64,000 nt of DNA from Octopus vulgaris (lineage: Eukaryota). The number at the start of each line of letters is the position of its first letter. The first letter of the stretch is position 1. Positions 11,370 through 24,397 of this stretch are shown here, in pieces. A program made the translations under genes and the position numbers. The notes under the pieces are model-generated. The model saw only the letters and a program-made list of their open reading frames with translations. It ran no database searches and was not told the origin of the DNA. The stretch is from the NCBI GenBank assembly GCA_951406725.2, contig OX597817.1, forward strand, positions 34,348,001 through 34,412,000. Reading direction: 5' to 3'.

Positions 11370-12165
11370 GTTAAAGGAAAGATGGAGATGAATTGTGCAA
11401 CAAAATGGTTCATATTCGGTTGATTAAAAATGTAATGGCAAGTACTTATTGACCTTTTTCTTTCCTTTAAAAATCGGCACGAACTTTCCGGACAACCCAA
11501 TACTACAGGAAAGGGAAATAACAAAATGCCAAATGCACAGAAGGAATAGGGATGTAAGTCAAATACTAGATGTAACAATTGATGCAGATTCTTTAGAATT
11601 AATGTCAAATATGTCACTCACATCATAAGCAGCTGACTAAAAATGTCATCACAATACTACTCACCTATGAAGCATGGTGTCATGACCAAAATAATGCAAT
11701 ATGTAGAAAGGGTAGTCCTGAAAATAAAAGTATAAGAACTTACAGTGATCTTGAAGATATACTCATCCATAATGTGAAAGAATATTGATGGAGTGTGTTC
11801 TTGTCAAAACCTCTGTAAAGTGTAAGCATAACAGGTCAGGCATAATGGTCTGGAATGGAGAAAGATTGTGTGCACAGAAATAGAAGTCAGTAAAAGTTCA
11901 GCTGACACTAATATGATATTAAAGGAAAAAGAAGAAAAGCAATATGATGCAAAACTAACGAGATGTTTGCAGTTATTCCACCCTGACTATAACTTTAGAT
12001 TTATACCTATAATTATTGTGGCACTGGGATATGTATTTAACTGTTTCAGCACCACTCTTAAGAAGCTGGGTTATACAAAACCGGAAGGGATTCAGCTATT
12101 TACAAAATTACAATTACAAGCTGGTAATGAAACTGTGAAAACATGTGAAATATGTAGTAGGGTGA
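11370..12165 (+). mobile_element. Degenerate RLE-type (R4/Dong-like) non-LTR retrotransposon 3' fragment
   Basis: Remnant VTHIISS zinc knuckle and RLE C-terminus IEVSKSSADTN..LQLFHPDYNFRFIPIIIVALGY; same family at 51400 and 62040. Confidence 0.7.
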
Positions 12166-12321
12166 TATGTGCACATATAGACTTAAAATAAATCTATATG
12201 TGTATATAACATTTATAAATGTGTATACAAATGTCGAATGACCCTAGCTGTAATATTTCATCTCAAAGGGACTTGTGTGTTAAAAGCTTAGGGATTTGTT
12301 CAGAGTGTCAGTGGCTCATGG

Positions 12322-12367
12322 CTCACCAGACATAGTGTTTCAACTTGATTTGACCTCTTCAGTGAGG
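12322..12367 (-). ncRNA. Degenerate hammerhead ribozyme motif
   Basis: Minus strand ctca-CTGAAGA-ggtcaaatcaagtt-GAAAC-actat-GTC-tggtgag; stem III and GUC intact, stem II weak. Confidence 0.4.
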
Positions 12368-12727
12368 AATAACCTGCACATTCTGAGCTAAACCCCCAAA
12401 TACTTATTCTGAGATGAGATAGAAATCTGTAAACAAAACATTTACTGATTTGTATGAAAGTTATCCAGGCTAGTATTAAATTAATGTATTCACTTGAAAC
12501 GGCCCAAAATAAACACCAGTATTTTTATCTGAGATAAGATATTAGAGCTCGTGCTGTTTCGCTTTTGTATGCACATTATAATATGTATACAAATGTGAAA
12601 CAGCACTTGGTGTAATATCTTGTCTCAAAGAAATGTCTTAGAGTGACATGTAGACATACAAATGTGTACATGTACACATCCATAAGTCAAAACATGCAGA
12701 TCCACACAAGCAATGATGTACGCGAAT

Positions 12728-13160
12728 ATCATCATCGTTTAGCGTCCGCTTTCCATGCTAGCATGGGTTGGACGGTTTTGACTGAGGGCTGGTGAACCAG
12801 ATGGCTGCACCAGGCTCCAATCTTGATCTGGCAGAGTTTCTACAGCTGGATGCCCTTCCTAACACCAACCATTCCAAGAGTGTAGTGGGTGCATTTTACG
12901 TGCCACCGGCACGGGGTCCAGTCCGGCGGTACTGGCAATGACCTTGCTCGAATCTTTTTACATGTGCCACCGGCACAGGTGCCAGTGAAGTGACTTGGTA
13001 ACGCTCACGCTCGAATGGTGCCCTTTTACGTGTCACGGGTACGGAAGCCAGTTGGCTGCTCTGGCAACAATCACGCTCGGATGGTGCTCTTGGCACCCTA
13101 CAAGCACATTGTGCCAGTAAGGTGATGCTGGTAACGATCATACTCGAACGGTGCCCTTGT
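12728..13160 (-). mobile_element. SINE family D with internal repeats
   Basis: catcatcgtttagcgtccgctttccatgctagcatggg.. followed by repeated cttttacgtgccaccggcac units. Confidence 0.85.
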
Positions 13161-13951
13161 ACATACATATGCAGATATGTATATGACTATTTAGTTGATG
13201 TCTAAATTCAAATGAAAGAGCCTTGTTTCTGAGTTAGAAGCTGGCTCTTTCTCTATTAGTGAGAAATTTCAAAATTGAAACAAAAACATGCATATACAAG
13301 AGAGAGAGAGATTATGACTGTCAATACGTTAAATTCATTTAGCCTGAAGTCACTTGAATATTTTATTGCTTTACAGAATTCTTATAGAATTTAAAGTGGA
13401 GTCAAATTTTCTTTTGCATAAAAATATTCTACTATCTTACAATGTTTCTTTCTTCTTTTTTTTTTTTTTTCTCGTTATATTAATATACCATATCAACATA
13501 ACATTGTTCAGATCAATATTATATTGATTGATTTTACCACTTGATCATTCAGTTCAAGTGAGATTTTTATTTTGGTTAATAATCTATGTCCTATTTGAAG
13601 ACAGCATTGACATTTCAGAAATCTTTTGTCTTTCTTTATTCCAACTCAGCTAAAGAGAATTTTAAAAGTTTTAAAAATATACATTTAAAAAATCTTATGA
13701 CAGCAGTTTTAGATGTTTTCCCAAATCAAAACACAGTAACAATAAGACATAAACATTTATTCATTCTATTGTAATGTATGTCATCATGTTAAAGTTCTAT
13801 CGACTTTCACTGTATAATAATCATAAAGTTCATTCAGTTGACAGCATATCTTTCAAATCAACATTCTCCCAGACTTTACTTCAAGAATGTATATTTCCTT
13901 TAGTATCACTAAAAATTCTTTGACTCTTCATTTCTTGAAATCTATAGTATA

Positions 13952-14335
13952 TCTATATATATATATATAAAGCTGAAGTTGTCTGTGTATGGCAGGTTTG
14001 GTAGCCTTCAACTAATACTATCTCCTCCGAGACCCTGTGACACAAGTTGACCAAAATTGAGAGTATGATAGAAGAAGGCTTGCTCTTCCTTCCATAGAAG
14101 AAAAAGTTCAAATCGGACCATGTTAACACCAAAAATTATTTACATCAAAAAGTTGCTTTTTTTTCTATGAAAATCCCTATTTTTTACGATTTTTTTACTG
14201 CTGTGTCATCAATTTTCGGTGTATTTCAACCAGAAAAATGTTCACTTAAAGCTACATAATGCAAAATTTCAAAAATTCCAATTCTAAAGGGTCGAAAAGA
14301 AAACAAACCCGAGCAACGCCGGGCAATATTGCTAG
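13952..14335 (+). mobile_element. Non-autonomous Helitron (copy 2)
   Basis: A|TC(TA)n start, hairpin cccgagcaacgccggg, ends CTAG|T. Confidence 0.8.
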
Positions 14336-14816
14336 TTCTTATTTAATATTACATCTGTTTGGCACAGTTCTTCTCATAACATACTGTACTCCTCTGTGAC
14401 ACTCACTCTATTTTTATTAATTTAGTTCATCAGATAACATCATTCGCTGAGAAATATTTCTACCCAAAACATTAGAATTTCCCTCTTCTTCATAGCATAC
14501 TAATTTGTTCCACTTTTGAACTATTTGTGCTCTCTAATTACCAGTGCAGACAATCATTAGATTTCTTGGATCTTACTGCCTTCTTTATCTATTTATTCCT
14601 TTGGTCTGATTAATAATTGTGATAATAGCAGTTATTATTGGGGAGTCATCATTAAACATAGTGATGAAACATGCTCATTAGTTAACAATTCCATTACAAT
14701 ATAACTAATTCACTATCACACATTATTAAGGACAAATCATGTAACTTTAGTTTGTGGATTTCATTTATTCGATGTTCATTTGTAAGATGGAACAGTTTTA
14801 AAGCAAGCTGTTGATT

Positions 14817-15372
14817 TAACCTGTTAACATTCAGATTGTTCTGTTACATGTAATGATTATTCATTCACGTTGTTTTGAATTTATCACACATCTTGTAGCT
14901 TTGAGATTTCAATGATGTGATCATTTATTTTTAAATGGTCATCTCATTTAAAAATATTATTACAGGGTTGAGGAGAGGCTGGATTTGGCTAGTTTGAACA
15001 TAAAATGGGTAGAATATTTGTTATTGTTCCTTCTCGAGCCACGCCTGGCTCATAAGGGCCGGTTTCCCGGTTCCCTTGGCATATAGGTTCCCCACCTGAA
15101 TGGGACGCCGGTCTATCGCAGGTGAGCTCCTAGATGCAGGAGGAAAGAGTGAGAGAAAGTTTAGGCAAAAGAGTCAGCAGAAGTTTGCCATTACCTTCTG
15201 CCGGAGCCGCGTGGAACTTAGGTGTTTCGCTCATAAATACACACATTGCCCAGTCTAAGATTCGAACCTGCGATCCCTTGACCGCGAGTCCGCTGCTCTA
15301 ACCACTAGGCCATATGCCTCCACATAGAATACTTGGACCAGATATGGTTGGTTTAAGTGGTAAAGGGCTAAG
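14817..15372. mobile_element. piggyBac-like MITE (degenerate) interrupted by a SINE C
   Basis: Homologous to the 28804-29024 element; ends ttaacc.. / ..aaagggctaa. Confidence 0.6.
15021..15324 (-). mobile_element. SINE family C, tail type 2, 11-bp TSD
   Basis: C head/body; tail ..gaccggcgtcccattcaggtggggaacc..gagaaggaacaataa; TSD tagaatatttg (15010-15020) / tagaatacttg (15325-15335). Confidence 0.8.
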
Positions 15373-15559
15373 TCACTTGAAAGGACAACTTATGAATCAA
15401 CCTGACTATCACCACAGCTAGTACCATGTTAAGTCAATGAGTGCAGCTCTACAATGTTTCTTGATCTCCTAAAATCAGCAGTCAAATTTTCCTCAAATCA
15501 CATGCTATCTATTTTATTAAAAGAAAAGCTACATTTGATGATGTAGTCATATGTATCCT

Positions 15560-15872
15560 CCGGTGGCATGTAAAAAGCACCATCCGAACATGACCGATGC
15601 CAGCTCCACCTTGACTGGCTTCCATACCGGTGGCACATAAAAAGCACCAACCGATCGTGGATGTTGCCAGCCTCCCCTGGCACCTGTACCGGTGGCACAT
15701 AAAAAGCACCCACTACACTCACAGAGTGGTTGGCGTTAGGAAGGGCATCCAGCTGTAGAAACATTGCCAGATGAGACTGGAGCCTGGTGCAGCCTCCTGG
15801 CTTCCCAGACCCCGGTCGAACCATCCAACCCATGCTAGCATGGAAAACGGACGTTAAATGATGATGATGATG
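15560..15872 (+). mobile_element. SINE family D
   Basis: Three ggtggca..aaaaagcacc units, then the D 3' end and (GAT)n. Confidence 0.85.
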
Positions 15873-16388
15873 TATGGACAAATCATGAAAGTGTCACTTT
15901 TGAATTGCTTTCAACCATAGGTCTGTTTGACCAGAGCTAAGCCGGGGCTAAACAACAACTGTAACCTTGCTGTCATCATTACTCTTGCCAGCATTGTTTT
16001 AATGTTTTCCTTTTTCATGCTTGCATGGCTCAGATAGAATTTGTTGAGATAAATTTTCTATTTTCTATACTCTTTCTCTCACCAACTCTCTTCTGTTTCC
16101 AAGTAAAATGATATTTTCCCTTGGCTGGATATGTTTGATTGGAAGGCTAGAAATGAATGACATCACTTGTATGGTAGTGATGCTTACTTACAATGTCAAG
16201 ACAAGGAGATACATATGCATGCACACACACACAGAGGCTTCTTTCAGTTTCCATCTACCAAATCCGTTATAGTAAAAGGCATTTACTGAAGGTGTTACTC
16301 TGTAGGGCTGAACTTGATGCTATGTACATTGGAAACGAACTTCTTAACCACACAACCAAGCCTGCACTGTGTGTGCATGGCAGGGCAG

Positions 16389-16486
16389 TGGATCAGAACA
16401 GCTTGATCCAAATTTCATGCTATTTAAAGTTTCAAAGCTTTGAAACTTTAAGTAGCATGGAATTTGAATCAAACTGTTCTGATCCA
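16389..16486. repeat. 98-bp spacerless palindrome (49-bp arms, 4 transition mismatches)
   Basis: tggatcagaacag..gtttcaaag|ctttgaaac..ctgttctgatcca. Confidence 0.9.
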
Positions 16487-17277
16487 TACATGTAACTTCC
16501 AGTAAATGTGTTGAGTGCTCTGCTTTAGTTTGTCCATTCATTTGTATATATATATGAAACGATCGTAGTGTTATATTAATATTTTTTTTTTTTAATAATT
16601 TTGTTATATATTTAAATAATATAAATTAAATAATCTTATGTATTGGCTTAAGTTTTTCATTGTATGATTTGCCTAATAGTGGTTTTATTTCTAATTTAAT
16701 ATAATATAATATTTTACTATAAAATTGGATTCAATCCTAAATCTGATTTTTCCCTGTAAGTTTGGATTTATTCCCTAATATTTATTATATATATATATAT
16801 ATATATATATAATTTCGATTCCTGGACCGGGAAATGCGTTGTGTTCTTGAGCAAAACACTTCATTTCATGTTGCTCCAATCCACTCAGCTGGCAAAAATG
16901 AGTAATGCTGCGATGGACTGGCGTCCCATCCAGCTTGGGAACACATACGCTATAGAAACCGGGAAAGTTGTGTTTTGCAAAATCACATCTTATTATAAAA
17001 TTGTTAAAATGGTTTCAAATTTTAGCACAAGGTCAGCAGCTTTTGGAGAGGGGCTAAGTCTGTTACATGGACCCCAACTGGTGCTTGTTTTAATCAACCC
17101 TAAAAAAATGAAAGGCAAAGTAATCTTGCTAGCATTTGAACTCAGAACATTAAGAATCAGAACAAATGTTGCAAAGGATTTTTTTTTACTGACGCTCTGA
17201 TGATTCTGTTTGCCACCTTAGAAAGGTGTAATGGTTAAATGCCTTTCTGACCAGCAGAAATAGTACCTTGTACTGAC

Positions 17278-17382
17278 CATGTGTATCCCATTTTTAGAAT
17301 AGGTACACTGTATACCATAAAGGCAACTAAAGGTGTTGATGACAGCAAGAGCACCCAGTCATAATGCACTTCTTCAGGAAAC
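17278..17382 (-). other. Candidate 105-nt symmetric (phase 2-2) exon on the minus strand
   Basis: Acceptor tatttgctttttcag|G, donor ATG|gtcagt, open frame FPEEVHYDWVLLLSSTPLVAFMVYSVPILKMGYT; no partner exons identified. Confidence 0.25.
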
Positions 17383-17399
17383 CTGAAAAAGCAAATATA

Positions 17400-17530
17400 A
17401 AATAATAATAATAATGATGGTGATGGTGGTGGTGGTGGTGGTGATGATGATGATGAGGAGGAGGAGGAGGAGGAGGAGGATAACAGTAGTAGTAGTGGTA
17501 ATGGCAATGAGAATGATGATGGTGGTGATG
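17400..17530 (+). repeat. Compound trinucleotide microsatellite (AAT/GAT/GGT/GAG/AGT)
   Basis: Successive triplet runs. Confidence 0.9.
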
Positions 17531-18471
17531 TAGAGTAAAAAATGGTGATTAAAAAAAAAGTTTCATTTTTGATCAGCAATTTAAAAGACTGAAATAATAT
17601 TAGAAAATAAAATTTAAATGAGACGGGGTGTAAAATACATTTCTCTGATACTCAACAGTGAATTTTTTTTTTTTTTCTTTGTTTCCACCGTATTGACCTG
17701 CCTATTGTTAGTGTGACTATTTAACCTTTGAGCATTAAATTCAGTCTGTCTTTCCCTTCACAGAATCTAATGAATATGATAGTTACTTTGTAATATGGTT
17801 ATTATATTGTTACCACTGACATAATGCCAAGCTTCATTTGTTTCTCACAACTTCATCTATCCTTCTATTCTGTTCACACATTTAAATTGGTAGTTAATTT
17901 CCGGAATCAATTACTGCAGTCACCATCCCCTGCTGGGTTGAAATAAACACCCCCGTGTTTCCTCTAATTTCAGATGCAAACATTCTTTCTCATGGAGATG
18001 GAATCATAGCCTTGATTCTACCATTCTTAAGTTACTGCACAAAATGTTTGGCTGGCAATTATACATCATAGTTAAAACTCAGTTTATTTATTTCCTTTCA
18101 ATTCCTTTTGTGTACGTGTGTGTGTGTGTGTGTATGTTTCCTTGTGCATTTTATCTTGTCTATTTTATTTTGTCTTTTATACAGCTTCCCAACACACTAT
18201 ATGTCACATGTGTTTCTATTAACTTGATGAAATCAGTCATATTTTTGTTTTGTTCGGGTTTTTTTATTGTTGTTTCTTTAATGTCCTCTTTTCTATGTTT
18301 GCATGGGTTGAACAAAGTTTTCTGGGGCAGGCTTTTTCAATGTCCAGACATGTTTCTGCAGAATATTGGAAACGAGTGACATTTATAACAATCATGCCAT
18401 GTCAAGATCAAGAGACACAATCATATCCATCCATCCATCAAGACACACACACACACACACATACACACATA

Positions 18472-18690
18472 TATTTCTTTACTACCCACAAGGGGCTAAA
18501 CACAGAGAAGACAAACAAGGACAGACAAATGGATTAAGTCGATTATATCGACCCCAGTGCGTAACTGGTACTTAGTTTATCGACCCTGAAAGGATGAAAG
18601 GCAAAGTTGACCTCGGCGGAATTTGAACTCAGAACGTAACGGCAGATGAAATACGGCTACTCATTTCACCCGGCGTGCTAACATTTCTGC
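18472..18690 (-). mobile_element. SINE family B inserted in a (CA)n tract
   Basis: B consensus flanked by CA repeats. Confidence 0.8.
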
Positions 18691-19504
18691 CACACACACT
18701 CATGCAACAAGATTCTTTCAGTTTCTGCCTACCAAATCCACTCAACAGGCTTTGCTTGATCCAGGGCTATAGTAGAAGACACTTGCCTAAAGTGCCATAC
18801 AGTTGGACTGAACCCCAAATCGTATGGTTTGGAAGCGAAATTCTTAACCACAACAACACCTGTGCCTATTACAGCCACACCTGCACCTCTTTCAGTCACA
18901 CCTGCACATATTACAGCTATACATCTGTCTATATTTTGTGTGTGCAAAATCATTGTGACAGGTAAAAATTTGTAATCCCACAAGTCCAATAACACAAACC
19001 TACTTTAAACATGTTTTGATTCATTAGTGAATTGAAATGTTTTTACTGCTATGCAATGAATCATTTCATTAGTGTTATAAATTGATAGAAAACTCAGAGT
19101 AAGATCAATCCACTTGGGTGTAATCAGTTGTTTACACACTATTCTATAAAACAAAAACAAAAGCCTTGTCCCTTGCTGAAAGTAAACATTATTGGAATTA
19201 TTAACTTTGATTAATTATGAAGTCTTCTTTGAGCAAAAAGTCAATATTTTAAAGATCTCTCTAGAGTTAAATTAAGATATTGTTTTAGAAATACATGTTT
19301 GAAGTTCAAGATTTAATGAGAATTTAAATGGATATCTTGAGTTAATTAATGTTTTCACAAAACATTGACAAAACCTCATGAGATTTGTACTTATTTCCAG
19401 TGTCTGTATCATTTTGGTTTATTATTATGTGAGAAAATTTGATTGTAGCATACTAAGTCAAAGGTCTTTAAGCTTTTCTACATCATGGAAGCTATAAAGA
19501 TGTT

Positions 19505-19889
19505 GTGGAGGCGCAATGGCCCAGTGGTTAGGGCGGCGAACTCGCAGTCGTAGGATCGCGGTTTCGATTCCCAGACTGGGTGTTATGAGTGTTTATTGAG
19601 CGAAAACACCTAAAGCTCCACGAGGCTCCGGCAGGGATGGTGGTGATCTTTGCTGTACTCTTTCACCACAACTTTCTCTCACCCTTACTTCCTGTTTCTG
19701 TTGTACCTGTATTTCAAAGGGCCGGCCTTGTCACTCTCAGTGTCATGCTGAATATCCCGAGAACTGCGTTAAGGGTACATGTGTCTGTGGAGTGCTCAGC
19801 CACTTACACGTTAATTTCACGAGCAGGCTGTTCCGTTGATCGGATCAACCGGAACCCTCGTTGTCGTAACCGACGGAGTGCTTCCATCC
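19505..19889 (+). mobile_element. SINE family C, tail type 3, 11-bp TSD
   Basis: C head gtggaggcgcaatggcccagtggttaggg; tail ..ctcgttgtcgtaaccgacggagtgcttccatcc; TSD ataaagatgtt at 19494-19504 and 19890-19900. Confidence 0.85.
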
Positions 19890-19944
19890 ATAAAGATGTT
19901 CCGGAACTTTGGTGAAGATGTAAACACTTAATGCTTGACAAATC

Positions 19945-20808
19945 TTTTATTCTTTTACTTGTTTCAGTCACTAGACTGTGGCCAAGCTGGGGCACTACTC
20001 TGAGATATTTAGTCAAACAAAGTGACCCCAGTAACTACTTTTTAGTCTCTTGCTGAACTACTAATTTATGGGGTTGTAAACAAACCAACACCAGATGTCA
20101 AGCAGTGGGGTGGGGACAAACACAAAGACACACACACATGCACGTGCTCACACACGCACACACACACACACATGTATATATATATATATATGTATGTATA
20201 AGGGTTTCCACACAGTTTGTCTACCAAATTCACTTGCAAGGCATCAATCAGCCCAGGGCTCTAGTAGAAGACACTTGCCCAAGTTGACATGGAATGGGAC
20301 TGAACCTGAAACCATGTGGTCGCAAAGCAAGCTTCTTAATCACACAACCATAGCAATAAAATTAATTTTTTTACTCATTAACGCGAGTATAAAGCATCAT
20401 AAATAATTACTCTTTTACTTGTTTTCAGTCATTTGACTGTGGCCATGCTGGAGCACCGCCTTTAGTCGAATCAAATCGACCCCAGAACTTATTCTTTGTA
20501 AGCCTAGTACTTATTCTATCGGTCTCTTTTGCCAAACCGCTAAGTTATATAGACATAAACACACCAGCATCGGTTGTCAAGCGATGTTGGGTGGGGTGGG
20601 GACAAACACAGATACACAACATATACACGCACATACATATATACATATATATATACGACAGGCTTCTTTCAGTTTCTGTCTACCAAATCCACTCACAAGG
20701 CCGAGGCTATAGTAGAAGACACTTGCCCAAGGTGCTACACAGTGGGACTGAACCTGGAACCATGTGGTTGGTAGCAAGCTACTTACCACACAGCCACTCC
20801 AGCGCCTA
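19945..20808 (-). mobile_element. Two adjacent SINE family A copies (~19945-20350 older, ~20408-20808 younger)
   Basis: Both match the A consensus. Confidence 0.8.
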
Positions 20809-21179
20809 TAATTTTTAAAAAAACCATAATTTCACTCCATTTAACTTTTTTGCTCAAAATTTTGTTGAACCCCAAGTTTTGATGGAAATCTATAGTTCTT
20901 CAAAAAAACTTTTGCTCTTGCCTGTGAAAGTGTTTCTTTCTTTTTGCTTAATTTGCTTTTCTGCCACTGATTATTATTGGTAAGCTGGCAGAATCATTAG
21001 CACACCAGACAGAATGCTTAGCAGTATTTCTGCCAAATTCTGCCATAGTTGATTTTGTCTTTCATTCTTTTGGGATCAGTAAAATAAACATCAGATGAAC
21101 ACTGGAGTGAATATAATTGACTTACACCCTCCCCCAAAATTATTGGCCTTGTGCCAAAATTTGAAACCAATTATTTTCT

Positions 21180-21990
21180 ATTTTTTATTTGTTTCAGTCA
21201 TTTGAGCACCGCTTTTAGTCAAACAGATCAACCCCAGGACTTATTCTTTGAAAGCCTAGTATTTATTTTATTGGTCACTTTTGCTGAACTGCTATGTTAT
21301 GGGGGATTTAAACACACCGACATCGGTTGTTGAGCAATGGTGGGGGGGACAAACACAGACACAAATATATACACAGATATATATATATATATATATCATC
21401 ATCATCATCATCATCATCACCGTTTAGCGTCCGCTTTCCATGCTGGCATGGGTTGGACGGTGCAACTGAGGTCTGGGAAGCCAGGAGGCTGCACCAGGCC
21501 CAGTCTGATCTGGCAATGTTTCTATGGCTGGATGCCCTTCCTAACGCCAACAACTCCATGAGTGTAGCGGGTGCTTTTTACGTACCACCGGCACAGGTGC
21601 CAGACGAGGCTGGCAAACGGCCAGTCGGATGGTGCTTTTTACGTGCCACCGGCACGGAGGCAAGGGGAGGCTGGCAACGGTCACGATCGGATGGTGCTTT
21701 TTACGTGCCACCAGCATGGAAGCCAGTTAGGGCGGCACTGGCAATGGCCACATTCGGATGGTTCTCTTATGCACTGGTATCACAGCTACAATTTCCATTC
21801 ATGTTGATCGATTTTGATTTTCACTTGCCTCAACAGGCTTCTTTCAGTTTCTGTCTACCAGATCCACTTACAAGGTTTTGGTCAGCCCAAGACTATAGTA
21901 GAAGACACTTGCCCAAGGTGCCGCACAATGGGATGAGAACCCAGAACCATGTGGTTGGTAAGCAAGCTACTTACCACACAGCCATGGGCA
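21180..21990 (-). mobile_element. SINE family A interrupted in its internal (TA)n by a family D copy (~21395-21830)
   Basis: A tail half, then (CAT)n plus D body, then the A head half resumes at acaggcttctttcag. Confidence 0.8.
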
Positions 21991-23283
21991 TAGCTGGAAA
22001 ATCTTTGCTCATAGATCTACTTTATAATGGCAAACCTGAAGTTAAACAGCATCAGCTGCATCTCAGAGAATATATAACATTTAAGGAGGACTGGTATTTT
22101 TTAGATCTTCCTATATTGAGATATCTGATGTTAAGTTTTGAATAGTTGCAGGTTACCGGATGGAGAGTTTAGGAATCCATGCAGATGCAACTCTGAGAGA
22201 TGATGAAAAAAAAGAAAATAAGTGAGGCAAAGGTCTGAGAAGGAGTGGCAGCATTAAATTTAAACATTTAGCAGAACAGAAACTGTTTTAATTAAGTTAG
22301 TGTTGACATACTTAATGAAGTATGCATAAAATATCTAATTAAAAATATTTATTTAGTGAAGAAAAGATAACATTAGTTTAATGACTAATATTATTTTAAT
22401 TATTTTGAAAAGTACAGCGGAGTGAGTATGTGTTTTAGTAATGTTAGAAGAGAGACAGAGGGTAGTGAGCTATCATTTGAGAGTGTGTTGTGGTTATTAT
22501 TACATCATCTTGTCAGTCAGCTTTGCACAAATAAGTCAATGGTAAAGAAGTAGCATATGGAAACAAAAAAAAAAAGCAAAAAAGAAAATCATTTGATTGT
22601 TTCTATAGCTGTGGTCATCCCACCTTTGTTACAAGTATATAGATGAGTTCAATGATATAGAATGAGCACCACCAATCACTGCAAATCTCATTCAGCTATT
22701 AAAAAAATAAAGAACACATTAGACAATATAGTTATTGTCATCATCATTGTCGTTTTATGTTTTCTTTTCCTGTTAGCATGGATTAGACAGTTGAACAGGA
22801 TTCAACAGGTTAGCGAACTGTGTCTCACTCTAATGTCCTAGTTTTGCTATGGTTTCTATGGCCATAATAACTCTTCCTAATGCCAACCTCTTTACAATGT
22901 ACTTGGTGGTGTTCTTTAGTGGCACCAGCACCATACAAGTTGGTTTCCTTTTGGCAAGGCTGAAAAAGTCCTGTTCGCCAGCCACTTGGCAGAATAGACA
23001 AGGTCCTTTTTCTTTTAACGCCAGCTCTAATGTGTTCCCCTTTGTAATTCACAAGAGTACTTCTCCTCCCCACAACACTCGAAAAGGAAAATAATTAAGA
23101 GGGTCATTGATAAAAAATGACAAGATGGTCATTGCTGGAATGTCTTCAGTTCTGCTCAATCAGAACTGGTTTGGGTGTAAACAGCAATTGAATATTTCCT
23201 CTATGTTGACTTTTACATTATTCAGCTAGAAACCTATTGGTTGCTATCAAATAACAAAATACAAGAACATTTTTAAAAATCTA

Positions 23284-23675
23284 CTACCAGTATTGCCCGG
23301 TGTTGCTTGGGTTTGTTTCGACCCTTTAGAATTGGAATTTTTGAGAAGTAAAAATTTTGCATTATGTAGCTTGTTATTCTCTTTAAGTGACATTTTTCTG
23401 GTTGAAATACACTGAGAAATGGCGACACGGCAGTCAAAAAATCGTAAAAAATAGGGATTTTCATAGAAAAAAGCACCTTTTTGATGTAAATAATTTTTGG
23501 TGTTAACATGGTCTGATTTGAATTTTTTCTTCTACAGAAGGAAGAGCAAGCCTTCTTCTACCATACTCTCAATTTTGGTCGACTTGCGCCGCAGGGCCTC
23601 GTAGGAGATAGTGTTAGTTGAAGGCTACCAAACCTGCCATATACAGACAACTTCAGCTTTATATATAGAGAGAGA
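23284..23675 (-). mobile_element. Non-autonomous Helitron (copy 3)
   Basis: Reverse complement of copies 1 and 2; TC start, hairpin, GTAG|T end. Confidence 0.8.
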
Positions 23676-23890
23676 TTTAAAGGCAAGGCCTATGATCCTT
23701 GATTGGATCTTTGAAACTAGTGGGAGGGAGGGCAGAAGGAATTCTTAAATCAAAGACCTGAGTTAAATACTTGTAAAGGGTAGACTTATCTAAAGACACT
23801 CATGGAGCTAGGTGGGTAGTGATGTTAAACTGGGTGAAGGGTTAAAGTTAAGTCTACCACCCAATATTTATTTAATTTTCTCTTGGTATA

Positions 23891-24397
23891 TACCGTGAAT
23901 CCTCAAGTATAGTCTACCCTTGAGTATAATACGCAGGGGATTTTTAGGGGACTGTATCTCTGAAAAACCTAAACCTTATGTATAATACACACCCCTTCTC
24001 TAACTTGAGTCAATGAGGTCTATATAACGTCCTTGGTTTGTAAAATTGTATGCGGTAATGTCTTTTATTATTATTGTATATATAACATAATGCAAACGTG
24101 TAGCTTTTTTGTGCATTTTGTTTGCAGAAAATAAAGAAATACTAGTAATAACAGTAATAACGTTTAATAAATGTTGCTCACTGCAAGTTATGGATGATTC
24201 TTTTATGATTTCATTGCTTTCAGGCTTACCGTAAGGTATTTTCGTGCCTGAATAAACATTGCCGGACAGCAAATCGAGACTCGGACATTGCTTAGAAAAT
24301 ATTTTTCATTTTTAACCTTGTATATAGTACGCACTAGGGATTTTGACCTTTAAATTTTGGGGGAAAAAATGCGGATTATACTCAAGGATTTACGGCA
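23891..24397. mobile_element. Tc1/pogo-type non-autonomous DNA transposon
   Basis: TIRs taccgtgaatcctcaagtatagtc / ggattatactcaaggatttacggca. Confidence 0.6.

Noticed and set aside
19505-19580. tRNA-like heads of SINE families A, B and C as tRNA genes
   Set aside because: They continue into SINE bodies with TSDs and lack a clean cloverleaf and terminator; tRNA-derived, not tRNA genes.
21327-22145. 272-aa + ORF
   Set aside because: Chance read-through of nested SINE A and D sequences and microsatellites.
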